Shown here piece after piece: positions 38,382 through 51,533 of a DNA stretch of 64,000 nt. The translations under genes and the position numbers were made by a program. This DNA comes from Mobula hypostoma (lineage: Eukaryota): the NCBI RefSeq assembly GCF_963921235.1, contig NC_086108.1, positions 22,940,001-23,004,000 on the forward strand, given 5' to 3'. Each line of letters begins with the position of its first letter. The first letter of the stretch is position 1. The notes under the pieces were generated by a model. That model saw nothing but the letters and a program-made list of their open reading frames with translations. It ran no database searches and was not told the origin of the DNA.

Positions 38382-41300
38382 GCCAGAATTCATGACACAC
38401 ATTGGTACCAACAACATAAAGTAAGCAGAAAAAGGGAGGAGTTCCTGAAGAGAGAGATAGAGAGCTAGGCAGTATGCTAACTAGCAGGACCTACGGAGTA
38501 GTAATCTTTGGATTGCTACCTGTGCCACATGCCAGTGAGGGTAACAATTTGACACATGAATGTGTGGCTGAGGAATTGGTGTGGGGGCATGGATTCAGAT
38601 TTCTGGATCATTAGAGAAGGTAGGACATGTACAAAAAGGCCGGTTTACACCTGAGCCCTGGGTGGACCAACAACCTTGCAGGAAGATACGCTTGAACTGT
38701 TGGGAAGGGTTTAAACTAATTTGGCTGGGGGATGGAAACTGGACTGATAGGTCTGACGATTGGGCAGTTGGAGTACTAGATACACTGTGTAGTGAGACTG
38801 TGAGGAAAGACAGGCATTTGATAAGGCAAAATTGTAGTCAGTGGGATGAATTAAGGTGCAACAGGGGACCAAAATCAAAAAGGGGTAATGAATACAGTAC
38901 TGAAGGTGTTATATTTGAATGCACACAGTTTCTGGAATAAGGAAGATGATCTTTTAGTGCAGTTAGAGATTGGCAGGTATGACGTTATGGGAATCACTGA
39001 GTCATGGTGGAAAGAAGATCATATTTGGGATCTTAACATATAAGGATACACCTTGTACTGAAAGGACAGGCAGGTAGGCAGAGGAGGTAAGATGGCTCTA
39101 TTAGTGAAAAAAAAAACGATCAAATCCTTGGAAAGAGGTGACATCAGATCAAAAGGTGTAGAAATCTTGTAGTTTACTGCAAGAGTAAAAATACCCTAAT
39201 GGAAGTATATACAGGCTTCTGAACTGTAGGTAGGATGTGGGCTGCAAATTACAAAAGGAGATAGAAATTGGATGTAAAAAGGGCAATGTTGTGATAATCA
39301 TGGGGATTTCAATATGCAGGTAGATTGGGAAAATCCGGTTGGTTCTGGATCCCAAGAGATGGAATTTGCAGAATGCCTACGAGTTGGCTTTTTAGAGCAG
39401 CTTTTGGTTGAGCCTACGAGGAGAATAGCAAGTCTGGAATGGATGTTATATAATAACGTAGATTTGATTAGGAATCTTAAGGTAAAGGAACCCTTGGGAG
39501 GCACTGTTCATAATATAATAGAATTCACTCCACAGTTTGAGAAGGAGAACATACAATTGAATGTATCAATATTACAGTAGAGCAAAGGGAATTGCAGAGG
39601 CATGAGAGAAGAGGTGGCCAAAGTAGATTGAAAGGGGCCACGAGCAAGGATGATAGCACAACTGCAATGGCTGCTGTTTCTGGGGGAAATTCAGAAGGTG
39701 CAGGAGATATGCATCCTGAAGATGAAGAAGTCCTCTAAAGAGAAGATAAGTAACTATGGCTGACAAGGGAGGTCAAAGACAACATCAAAACAAATGAGAG
39801 GGCATATAATATAGCAAAATTTGGTGGGAAGGTAGAGGATTGTGAAGCTTTTAAAACTAACAAAACAACTTAAAAAAAGCATAAAGAGAGAAAAGATGAA
39901 ATATGAAGTTAAGTTCGCCAAGATTATAAAAGAAGATACACAAAGTTTTTTTTTCAGATACATAAAGATTAAACGAGAGACAAGAGTGGGTGTAGGACTA
40001 CTGGAAAGTTATTTTGGAGAGATAGTAATGGGGAAGGAAGAAATGGTGGAGGAACTTAATCGGTATTTTGCATCAGTCTTCAGTGAGGAAGATATTAATA
40101 GAATGCTTGAAATGTCAGAGTGTCAGGGGGCAGAAGTGAGTGTGATCTCTATTTCTAAGGAAAAGGTGCTTGGGAAGCTGAAAAGCCTGAAGATAGATAA
40201 GTCAACTGGACCAGATGGACTACACCCTAGGGTTCTGAAGTAGTTAGCCTAAGAGACTGAGGAGGTATTAGAAATGATCATTCAAGAATCACTAGATTCT
40301 GAAATGGTTCTGGAGGACTGGAAAATTGAAAATGTCACTCTACTATTTAAGAAGGGAGGGAGGCAGAAGAAATGAAGTTATAGGCCAGTTAGCCTGACTT
40401 CAAAGGCTGGAAAGATATTGGAATCAATTATTAAGGATGAGATTTTGGGATACTTGGAATCACGTGATAAAATAGTCCAAAGTCAGCATGATGACTTTGG
40501 GGAAATTTTGCCTAACAAATCCATTGGAATTCATTAAGGAAATAACAGGCAGGATAGACAAAGGAGAGTCAGTGGATGGTGTTTATTTGGATTTTCAGAA
40601 GGCCTTTGACAAGGTACTGCACAGAGGTTCTTAACAAGATAAAGCCCAAGGTATTACAGGGAAGATACTAGCATGGATCGAAGATTGGCTGACTGGCAGG
40701 CGGCAAAGAGTGGGAATAAAAGAGGCTTTTTGGTTGGCAACTGATGACTAGTGTTGTGCTGCAGGGGTCAATGTTCAGACCACTTTTCACATTGTATGTC
40801 AATGATTTGGATGAAGAATTGATGGCATTTTGGTCAAGTTTGCGGACAAAGCAAATTTAGGTGGAGGGGGCAGGTAGTATTGAGAAAGCATGGTGTCAGC
40901 AGAGAACTTAGTCAGATTGGGGGCATGGGCAAGTAAGTGGCAGATGGAAAATAATGTAGGGAAGTGTATTGTCATGCACTTTGGCAGAAGAAATACCGGT
41001 GTGAACTATTTTCTAAATTGTGGGAAAATTCAAAAATCAGAGGTGCAGAGGGACTTGGGAGTCCTCATGCAGGGTTCCATAAAGTTTACCTTGCAGGTTA
41101 ACTCAGTGGTAAGGAAGGCAAGTGCAATATTAGCATTCATTTTGAAAGGACTGGAATATACTGTAAAAGAAAAGTTGTAATGCTAAGGCACTATAAGGCA
41201 TTGGTCAAACCGCACTTGGAGTATTGGGCCCCTTATCTAAGAAAAGATGTATTTGCATTGGAGAGGGTCCAGAGGAGGTTCACGAGAATTATGTCAGGAT

Positions 41301-44019
41301 GAAAAGGTTAATACATGGGGAGCCCTTGATGGCTTTGGTCCTGTAGTCAATGCAGTTTAAAAGAATGAGAGGAGATGTCATTGCAACCTATCGAATATTG
41401 AAATGTCTGGATAAAGTGGATGTAGAGAGGATATTTATCCACCAACTATAGTGGGAGAATCTAGAACAAGAGGCCAAAGCCTCAGAATTGAGGGTTGTCA
41501 TTTAGAACAGAGAAGAGGAAAAATTTCTTTAGCCAGAATGGTGAATCTGTGGAATTCATTGCCACAGACTACTGTGCAGGCCATGTCAGTGGGTATATTT
41601 AAGGTGGAGGTTAATAGGTTCTTCATTAATCAGGGAGTTAAAGATTACAAGGAGAAGGCAGGAGAATGGGATTAAGAGGGAAAATAAATCAGCCATGATG
41701 GTAAGGTGGAGGAGAGCTGATGGGCTAATTGGCCTGATTCTGCTCTTGTGTTTTATGGTCTTATGGTATAAGCAAATATAGTGCAACTTATAGATGCATC
41801 CACTGTAGACACTGTGAATGAGTAAGTGTTTAGGGTGGTTGTCACCAATCAAGAAACTTAATAAGCTAACTGTTTGCTGATAAGCCTCTGTATGGATTGT
41901 CTGGATGGAGAGGGAAGTGTGAGCAAAGATGAGATTCTTTGGACATTGCAATATATTGGACATCTCCGACCAACAAAGAAGAAAGGAGATTGGCTAAGAA
42001 CAGGAGGAAGCAACAGAGAGATACTACACTGCATTCAGTCAAATATCAGCTGTCGTAACAGCTGCAAAACTGGACTAATAACTCAGGAGACTGGTAGCTG
42101 AGATGAGTGTGAGATCAGATTCCATCAAGGCAGATTGCAAACCGGAACTGAATGAACTCTGTGTACTAATCTCCTGAACCAATGTGATGAGGTACAGGCG
42201 ATCTTTGTTAGATGTTATTTCAGGGGTAAATATTGCCTCAAGCACAAGGCTGATTTCCTACCGTCGTCATCAGATGGTCTGTTACAGCCACCCAGAAGGC
42301 AGGTGGATCCCAGCTGACACCTCAGCAAAGTCCTGCAGGGCAAGTCTGGATTATGCTAAGGTCTCTGGAGTCTTAGAGTGATGGAGTCAGAGATACACAG
42401 CATGGAAACAGGCTCTTCAGCCCAACTAGGCCATACTGACCAAGATATCCCATTTGCCTGTGCTTGACCAATATCCCTATAAATCTTTCCTGTCCTCATA
42501 TCAGTCCAAATGTATTTTAAATGTTGTTATTGTATTGGTTTCAACCATTTTCTCTGACAGCTACCTACCATTCACCTACAAAATCAGGACAATTTGCAGA
42601 GGCCAGTTAACCTACTTACCCATGCATCCGCATGATGTGGGAGGAAACTAGAGCACGTTGGAGAGAACCTATATGATCAAAAAGTTCAAAGTATGTATAT
42701 ATTATACAACCATAGGCTTTGTCTCTTTACAGGCAGCCACAAAACAAAGAAATCCAGAAGTACCCATTTTTCAAAAAGACCATCAAACCCAATGTGCAAA
42801 GAAAAAAAACAAATCACGCAAACAATAAATGCAAGGAAATAGCATTCTGAACTGAAGTCTGCAAAGAGAATCCAACTACAGACGCTTAGTTCAGCACAGA
42901 GCCAAGTAAACCTCACAGAGCAGTGATCTGAACTGACACACCCCTTGCCTCGGGCCCCAACCCCCTAACCTTCTCATCCTGGCCCGGGTGCTTAAATCAT
43001 TGTCCAAGCACAAGGAGAATGTAAGATACTCTGCACAGACAGCATCCAACGCCAGGAATGAACCAGGTCTCTGACTCTGTGAAACAGTAGTTTTACTTGC
43101 TGTGGCCTAGTATTCTCTCTCTGAAGTAAGGTGTTCCCACTGAGCCAGACATGAGCGTTCACTGGACATTCACAGCTCTTCAGACTATGTTTTAGTTTAC
43201 CGAACAAACTGTGCCTCGGTGACGTAGAAGCAACAGCCTAAAGTTGCAATGGAAGAATGTTTGTATGGATTCTTCCTGAGAGCAAGCATACAGATTAATG
43301 ATAAGAACCATGACTATTTACAGTAAAAATTAAAAACACAATTAATGCCTGTTTCCACTAATCAATGGATCAAGCAATACTTGAGTGAAAATGCTTTTCT
43401 CAGCCAGATATAATGATATAACACAGATTGGTTTTGTTTTACTGTAACTTGGAACTGGGAAGATGAAAAAGGATTTTCAGTACCTAGTTAGATTAAATTT
43501 TAATTCCAAGTGCTTTTATATCCCTCATCTAGGCAGTATTTACACTGAGTAATGTTCAGCTGGTTCAAGGATAAGAAATGCAGGCGAGAAAGATTGATTT
43601 TGGGAAGCAAATGTAGCTAGTTGATGGTTTCAACCAAGCAGGTGTTTTGAGAGAGGAGAGAGAGGGAGAGTGTGTAAATCTAGAGGTATAAAGTAAGAAA
43701 CAGATACCTTGAAAATAGTTTGCATTTTTATTTTGGTGCACTAAAGCAGATGGATGTTATTGTTGCATGGAACATTAATAGTATCTGGTTTCTTGAAAGT
43801 CCTGTGAACTTGGCCAAATAGATACTTGTATCAGTGTTAATGTGGCTTCCACCCAGAATCATGCATTGAGATGGGGATCTGATGAGACCATAGTCAGTAG
43901 GAAACTGGTTTCAATAACTCTTGGCATATTGGACAGGGGAGGGATGCCACTCCCCATGGCAACCATAAGGGAGGAGTGAACAAGAGACTTTCTAGATTGA
44001 GCGTCACCAGCGTGTGCTG

Positions 44020-44072
44020 GGGAGGGCAGCAGATCGGGAGGGCAGCAGATCAGGAGGGCAGCAGATCGGGAG
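44020..44072. repeat. 16-bp minisatellite, ~3.3 copies (GGGAGGGCAGCAGATC)
   Basis: Directly visible tandem units with one substitution. Confidence 0.9.
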
Positions 44073-44808
44073 AGCCACCATAGACAAAGCCTGGTAGGAT
44101 TCCCTTGGATGACACAGAATGCCCTCATACTATACATCAGGATGAGCTGCCCACCATTGAACTCAGTGAGACTGAGGCATTTCTGTAATTGGGTCATGGA
44201 TTGTCATGAAACCTCTTAGGGCCATTCAGTATAGAATCAGCTCTTCCCTCCATGTTGACCCTCAAGCACCCAATTACACTAGCCCCTGATATTGATATTC
44301 TTTTCTCCCCAATCTCTGATTGATTCCACAATGTCTTCCACAGTAGAGGATTTGAGGCTTATTAACGTGGGTCGGTAGATTACAGGTGAGTGACCTTGAT
44401 AATTTTGGTAAGCTCCCTTTCACTGGATTGAATTCTACTGCATGATTTTGCAGGTTCTTCATAAGAGACATCTATTTACCAGTGTAATGAAAATATTTTA
44501 AAATTTGTTCTTTGTTCTTTTCTGAGACAGCAGTAAGAGGTATCCATAAACAAAGGGGGCACTGTATACATGTTAAAGATTATGAAAAAGTACTTTATTA
44601 GAATTATATAAACATTAAAAATCAAAAAAGAGGAAGAATACTTAATAAAGTAGAGAAGGAAGCAAAATAATACTTATCATCCACATAATGAACGAATCTA
44701 TACAATGCCAGAGGGAAGCACAGCTGTCCAACAATCTTTCACACAGCTTCACACATCAAAGTTGCTGGTGAACGCAGCAGGCCAGGCAGCATCTCTAGGA
44801 AGAGGTGC

Positions 44809-44844
44809 AGTTGACGTTTCAGGCTGAGACCCTTCGTCAGGACT
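44809..44844 (-). ncRNA. Minimal type I hammerhead ribozyme motif in the PLE pseudo-LTR
   Basis: Minus strand AGTC-CTGACGA-AGGGTCTCAGCCT-GAAACGTC-AACT; one mismatch in helix I. Confidence 0.75.
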
Positions 44845-47800
44845 AACTGAAAGAAGAGCTGGTAAGAGATTTGAAAGTGGGAAGGGAGGGGGAGATACAA
44901 AATGATAGGAGAAGACAGGAGGGGGAGGGATGGAGCCAAGAGCTGGACAGGTGATTGGCAAAAGGGGATACGAGAGGATCATGGGACAGGAGGCCCAGGG
45001 AGAAGGAAAAGGGGGGGGGACCCAGAAGATGGGCAAGGGGTATAGTCAGAGGGACAGAGGGAGAAAAAGGAGAGTGAGAGAAAGAATGTGTGTATATAAA
45101 TAACGGATGGGGTACGAGGAGGAGGTGGGGCATTAGCAGAAGTTAGAGAAGCCAATGTTCATGCCATCAGGTTGGAGGCTACCCAGACGGAATGTAAGGT
45201 GTTGTTCCTCCAACCTGAGTGTGGCTTCATCTTTACAGTAGAGGAGGCCGTGGATAGAGATGTCAGAATGTGAATGGGATGTGGAATTAAAATGTGTGGC
45301 CACTGGGAGATCCTGCTTTCTCTGGCGGACAGAGCGTGGGTGTTCAGCAAAACGATCTCCCAGTCTGCGTCGGGTCTCGCGAATATATAGAAGGCCACAT
45401 CGGGAGCACCGGACGCAGTATACCACCCCAGCCGACTCACAGGTGAAGTGTCACCTCACCTGGATGGACTGTCTGGGGCCCTGAATGGTGGTAAGGGAGG
45501 AAGTGTAAGGGCATGTGTAGCACTTGTTCCGCTTACAAGGATAAGTGCCAGGAGGGAGATCGGTGGGGAGGAATGGGGGGGACGAATGGACAAGGGAGTC
45601 GCGTAGGGAGCGATTCTTGCGGAAAGCAGAGGTGGGGGAGGGAAAGATGTGCTTATCGGTGGGATCCCATTGGAGGTGGTGGAAGTTACGGAGAATAATA
45701 TGTTGGACCCGGAGGCTGGGGGGGGGGGGCGTGGTAGGTGAGAACCAGGGGAACCCTATTCCTAGTGGGGTGGCGGGAGTTTGGAGTGAGAGCAGATGTG
45801 CGTGAAATGGGGGAGATGCGTTTGAGAGCAGAGTTGATAGTGAAGGAAGGGAAGCCCTTTTCTTTAAAGAAGGAGGATATCTCCCTCGTCCTGGAATGAA
45901 AAGCCTCATCCTGAGAGCAGATACGGTGGAGATGGAGGAATTGCGAGAAGGGGATGGCATTTTTACAAGAGACAGGGTGAGAAGAGGATTAGTCCTGATA
46001 GCTGTGAGAGTCGGTAGGCTTATAGTAGACATCAGTAGATAAGCTGTCTCTGAGATAGAGACAGAAAGATCTAGAAAGGGGAGGAAGGGGTCGGAAATGG
46101 ACCAGGTAAACTTGAGGGCAGGGTGAAAGTTGGAGGCAAAGTTAATAAAGTCAAAGAGCTCAGCATGCGTGCAGGAAGCAGTGCCAATGCAGTTGTCGAT
46201 GTAGCGAAGGAAAAGTGGGGGACAAATACCAGAATAGGTACGGTACATAGATTGTTCCACAAAGCCAACAAAAAGCAGGCATAGCTTGGACCCATGCTGG
46301 TGCCCATAGCTACACCTTTAGTTTGGAGGAAGTGGGAGGAGCCAAAGGAGAAGTTATTAAGAGTAAGGACTAATTCCACTAGATGGAGCAGAGTGGTAGT
46401 AGAGGGGAACTGATTAGGTCTGGAATCCAAAAAGAAGCGTAGAGCTTTGAGACCTTCCTGATGGGGGATGGAAGTATATAGGGACTGGACATCCATGGTG
46501 AAAATAAAGTGGTGGGGCCAGGGAACTTAAAATCATTGAAAAGTTTAAGAGCGTGAGAAGTGTCACGAACATAGGTCGGAAGGGATTGAACAAGGGGTGA
46601 TAAAACCGTGTCGAGGTATGCAGAAACGGGTTCGGTGGGGCAGGAGCAAGCTGAGACACCAGGTCTGCCAGGACAGGCAGGTCTCTGGATCTTGGATAGG
46701 AGGTAGAAACGGGAAGTGCGAGGTGTGGGAACTATAAGGTTGGTAGCCGTGGATGGGAGATCCCATGAGCGGATAAAGTCGGTGATGGTGTGGGAGACAA
46801 TGGCCTGGTGCTCCTTAGTGGGGTCACGATCGAGGGGTAAATAAGAGGAGGTATCCGCGAGTTGTCTCTGTGCCTCGGCAAGGTAGAGGTCAGTACGCCA
46901 GACTACAACAGCACCCCCCCTTATCGGCGGGTCTAAGAGTAAGGTTAGGATTAGTGCGGAGGGAGTGGAGAGCAGAGCGTTCCGAAGGAGTGAGGTTGGA
47001 ATGGGAACAAGGTGTGGTGAAGTTGAGACGGTTGATGTCCCGTTGGCAGTTAGCAATAAAGAGATCCAGGGTAGGCAGAAGACCAGAGCGGGGTGTCCAT
47101 GAAGAGGAGGAGGGTTGAAGACAGGAGAAGGGGTCATCGGTGGGGCTGGAAGAGTACTTGCCGAAGAAGTAGGCTCGGAGACAGAGACGGCGGAAGAACA
47201 GTTCCGCATCATGGCGAACGTGGAACTCGCTGAGGTGTGGGTGAAGGGGGACAAAGGTGAGGCCCTTACTGAGGACAGAGCAAACTGTCTCAGACAGTTG
47301 AAGGTCGGAGGGGATGGTAAAGACCCAGCACGGATGAGAGCTGGGATCAGAGGGGGGACGGGGGAGGCTGGGGGTGTCAGTGGAGATGGGAGGATTGGGG
47401 TGAGAGGAAGTTGGAGCCTCTGAGGGCCCAGGAGCTGACAATGGGGTCTGAGGGAGACGGGGTTGCAGAGTAGTGGTGGGGGAAGGGGAGACGGGAGTCA
47501 CAATAGCAGCACATAAAGACCCAGCCTGGAATTGAAGGCTGGAGTCGCAGTTGGTGGATGCGCAATGGCTTTGGAGGTGTCCATGATCGTTGCTGGAGAT
47601 CCAGGCCGGGTCTTTATGTGCTGCTGTTGTGACTCCCTCAGAGGCTCCATCTTCCGCTCACCCCAACCCTCACTTCACCTGTGAGTCGGCTAGTGTGATA
47701 TACTGCGTCCGGTGCTCCCGATGTGGCCTTCTATATATTGGCGAGACCCGACACAGGCTGGGAGATCGTTTTGCTGAATACCTACGCTCTGTCCGCCAGA

Positions 47801-48282
47801 GAAAGCAGGATCTCCCAGTGGCCACACATTTTAATTCCACATCCCATTCCCATTCTGATATGTCTATCCATGGCCTCCTCTACTGTAAAGATGAAGCCAC
47901 ACTCAGGTTGGAGGAACAACATCTTATGTTCCGTCTGGGTAGCCTCCAACCTGATGGCATGAACATTGACTTCTCTAACTTCTGCTAATGCCCCACCTCC
48001 CCCTCATACCCCATACGTTATTTATGTACACACATTCTTTCTCTCACTCTACTTTTTCTCCCTCTGCCCCTCTGACTATACCCCTTGCCCATCCTCTGGG
48101 TTCCCCCCCCTCCCCCTTTTCCTTCCCCCTGGGCCTCCTGTCCCATGATCCTCTCATATCCTTTTTGCCAATCACCTGTCCAGCTCTTGGCTCCATCCCT
48201 CCCCCTCCTGTCTTTTCCTATCATTTTGGATCTCCCCCTCCCCCTCCCACTTTTAAATCTCTTACTAACTCTTTTTTCAGTT

Positions 48283-48318
48283 AGTCCTGACGAAGGGTCT
48301 CAGCCCGAAACGTCGACT
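48283..48318 (+). ncRNA. Minimal type I hammerhead ribozyme motif in the PLE pseudo-LTR
   Basis: AGTC-CTGACGA-AGGGTCTCAGCCC-GAAACGTC-GACT: intact CUGANGA, GAAA and GUC, helix I AGTC/GACT, helix II GGGT/GCCC. Confidence 0.85.
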
Positions 48319-48659
48319 GTACCTCTTCCTAGAGATGCTGCCTGGCCTGCTGTGTTCACCAGCAACTTTGATGTGTGTTGCTTGAATTTGTAGCATCTGC
48401 AGAATTCCTCGTGTTTGCGTTTCACACAGCTTTCTCTATTTATCCTAGCACTGGTCATGACTCAGTCTGAAGGAAGATTCCAATTTGCACAAAGAAGTTG
48501 CTCCCTTTAATACCTTACAAAAATTATTTACCCTCTTTTTTTCTCATGGGAAAAGTAGCAGGAGGTATTTGCACCTGTAGAGTCAGCTTCCCCTTCCCAG
48601 ACAAACACGTTTTTCACCATATCTACTCTCAAGGCTATAGACTGGTAACTCAAACTTGT

Positions 48660-49010
48660 TGATTCATTATGTGCCATGTCGTATGATGTAGGTGATCATG
48701 GTCTTTCCGTGACTATGATTGTTCTTGGCAAATGTTTTCACATAAATGGCTTGCCATTGCCTTCTTCTGGGCAGTGTCTTTACAGGGCAAGTGACCCCAG
48801 CCATTATCAACACTCTTCAGAGATTGTCTGCCTGGTGTCAGGGGTCGCATAATCAGGACTTATGATATGCACCAGTGATTTATAGAACCATCCACCACCT
48901 GCTCCCATGGCTTCACATGAGCCTGATCGGGAGGCTAAGCACGTGCACCTTGCCCAAGGATGACCTGAAGGACTGCCTTACACCTCCTTTGGTAGAGACA
49001 TATCTCAGCC
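48660..49010 (-). mobile_element. Probable RTE/BovB-related SINE or LINE fragment
   Basis: Contains tggcttgccattgccttcttc, typical of RTE-related 3' ends read in reverse. Confidence 0.4.
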
Positions 49011-49849
49011 CCAGTACTCACACTTCCACAAAACACTGGCGTGAACTAGCTTCCTTATACTTTCTCAAAACATTCCCACATTTGAGACTGACTCCATTTG
49101 GTCTTATAAACTTCCTTTTTGTGTTATGCCTTTTAGCTTATTCTAAGAAGGAATCAAATTTTAACTCTTTCCTTACATCTAGAGAGTCCCTTGCAGTTGC
49201 ACTTCCTCTGAACTCTTGCTGCTCCCTTCCCTCTGGCATTGACTGCTGACCCTGGTTGGAGAGGTTGTACGATGAGCAGCAGACAATGAGGGCACCATAT
49301 CTACACGGTATAAATGCAGACAACTTGGCTAATGCAGGGAGTGAAATCTTTCTGTGGCATCATCAATAATCTTTGTACATCAATGGTTCTTGTTGTAGCA
49401 GGGCTCAGCAGGTTTGAAGGGGAAACTTAACAAACAACCAGTTGGTTTACGATATTTAAAGTCAGTTACATCGCTTTTTTTGAGCTCTGTGCTCAAAGAT
49501 CTTGAGTCTCTGGGCACACAGCCATAGATCTTCTGGCTCTCCCGACGACACATGGCATGACACCGAACTTTGATCCGCCCATCTCCAGAGCCCCGAGATC
49601 CTAGGCCTCCAAAGTCAAGTAGAACTCTTAGGCCAAGCTCTTGGCGTGTTGAACAACGGCTAGTTGTGAAACCCATAGACTGGGTCTCACTCCCGCAAAG
49701 AACTGTAGTCAGCATGTAACTCCAGGTCAGGGTCTTCAAAAGAACCCTGAAAGGGAAAAATAGAGATATTAAAGATGGAAATAAACTGTATCCGAAGATG
49801 CAAGCAAAGGAGTCGCCATTTAGCGCGATTCTCACTTTGCTCCACTCTG

Positions 49850-50465
49850 AGTGAGAGGTCTCAACAATAACCTCTTGGAATTGATTGTAGGCTTCAGGAA
49901 GGGGAAGTCCCCAATCAATGGGGGCATACCAATCCTCACCGAGGGGTTAGCAATGGAAAGGATACTTTGTTCAGAGATTTAGTATGTCAGCAAAATCTTG
50001 CAAAGCTTATAGATATAAGATGAGAGTATTCTGACTGGTTGCATCACAGCCAGGTATGTGAACTCCAATGTATAGTTTTGCAAGAGGCTGCAGAGGGTTG
50101 CAGACACAGCCGGCTCCATCATGGGCACATCTCTCCCCACCATCAAGGATATCTTCGAGAGGCAGTACCCCAAGACCCTACCTTGGGGTCCTCACCATCT
50201 GGGTACAAGCCTTCCTCTCGTTAACACCATCAGGGAAGCGATTCAGGAGCCTGAAAACCCACATTCAATGATTCAAAAACAATTTCATCCCTTCTGCCAA
50301 GATTTCTGAAAGGTCCATGAACTGACGAACACGACCTTATTATTCCTTCTTTTATAATATGTTTGTGTTTTGTAATTTATTTCAATTTTAAGTCTTTGCT
50401 GTGACAAAATAACTAATGTCATATACATAAGACAGTGATAATTAACCTAATTCTGATTTGGATTC
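49850..50465 (+). mobile_element. Rex1/Babar LINE 3' fragment
   Basis: gagagtattctgactggttgcatcac, MGTSLPTIKDIF, and the characteristic tail gtgataattaacctaattctgatt. Confidence 0.75.
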
Positions 50466-51533
50466 CTTGAATTTAAATATTACAAATTCTCCATTTAGTA
50501 ATATCTTCCTGAGCAATTAGCTAAGCAATTACTAATACACAAAGTGAGAAGCTGCAAAATGAGACAGAAAAATATTGTAAGGGCTCCAGAAAAGGAGATC
50601 AAAAAAGAAGCTTGTGAGAGACACCACAATTAATACATAAAGCTATTTGAAAAGAAAGGGAATTCAAGGTTCACCATAAAAACAAATGGGACACACTTTC
50701 ATCAATGAAAATTAGGAAACAGCAAATTCCTTGAACAATTACTGTTCATCGGTCTTTACAGTAGGGAAGGGGATTATTTTCCTGATCTTCCAAAAGACTT
50801 AGTAAACAGATCAAGGCGTGGAACTCACTGATGCTTTGGCAATCAACCTATATCTGCAAAATTAATGAAATATGTATCATAAAATGGAAGCATGTCATTG
50901 TAGATACATTAAGTATTCTGTAAAGCACTCCCTGGCTCTCAGACATAGTTGCTTTCATTCCCTCCAAATCTCATAGAATTTGATCTTGCTGTCCAATAAT
51001 TCATTTTCATTTCCTAATGCTTGCAAACATGAAGACATTCTTTACTTTGAACAATCGTTGTTGTTTTCTTTCTGCCATTTATATACTGCGAAGGCACTGT
51101 AGGTTCAGAGGACTGATGGGTGATTAGAAGAGAACCTGATGATTGCTCACACATTTGCTTTGAATCTATTGAGTGGTAGACAGGCTACACTTGCCATGGT
51201 TTCTCCTTCAGCTTACTCAGTGTTATCTCTTTCCACGTCACTGTTACTGGACAATGTGCACATTTCCTGCCACATTTGTCTATGCTGCATTTCTCTGTGT
51301 TGTATTTCTGTATGCTATAATTATATTCTGTCTTAAAAAATGTACTTCAAATACTGAGTTCTCTGGAATGCGCTGAAGTCACAGAGTGCAGGCATACTTG
51401 GCAGGCGTAGTATTTATTGTCCTTAAGAAGAGGGTGGTGAGCCACCTTCTTGAACTGCTGTAATGCAGGTGAGATCACTGCAGGAGAGAGAAATTCCAGA
51501 ATTTAGACGTAGTGAAGACAAAGGGCAGTAATA

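Larger units (their letters stand above)
37430..41770 (+). mobile_element. Older near-full-length CR1 LINE (ORF1 SGNH-esterase region plus ORF2 APE/RT), heavily mutated, interrupted by a solo LTR
   Basis: MVCCLAGARVRDVSD at ~37485-37530 continues after the LTR as HIGTNN. APE and RT remnants span 38.9-41.6 kb, and the CR1 3' UTR lies at ~41680-41770. Confidence 0.9.
44750..48419 (-). mobile_element. Penelope-like retroelement (RT plus GIY-YIG endonuclease) with ~700-bp inverted pseudo-LTRs
   Basis: Frameshifted minus-strand ORFs with GVAMGTSMGPSYA, FLRYIDN and YCVRCSRCGLLYI.ET.RRLGDRFAEH. Inverted 3' copy at 47671-48419. 13-bp TSD TTTCACACAGCTT (44737-44749 and 48420-48432) and a 42-bp one-sided tail. 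Confidence 0.96.
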
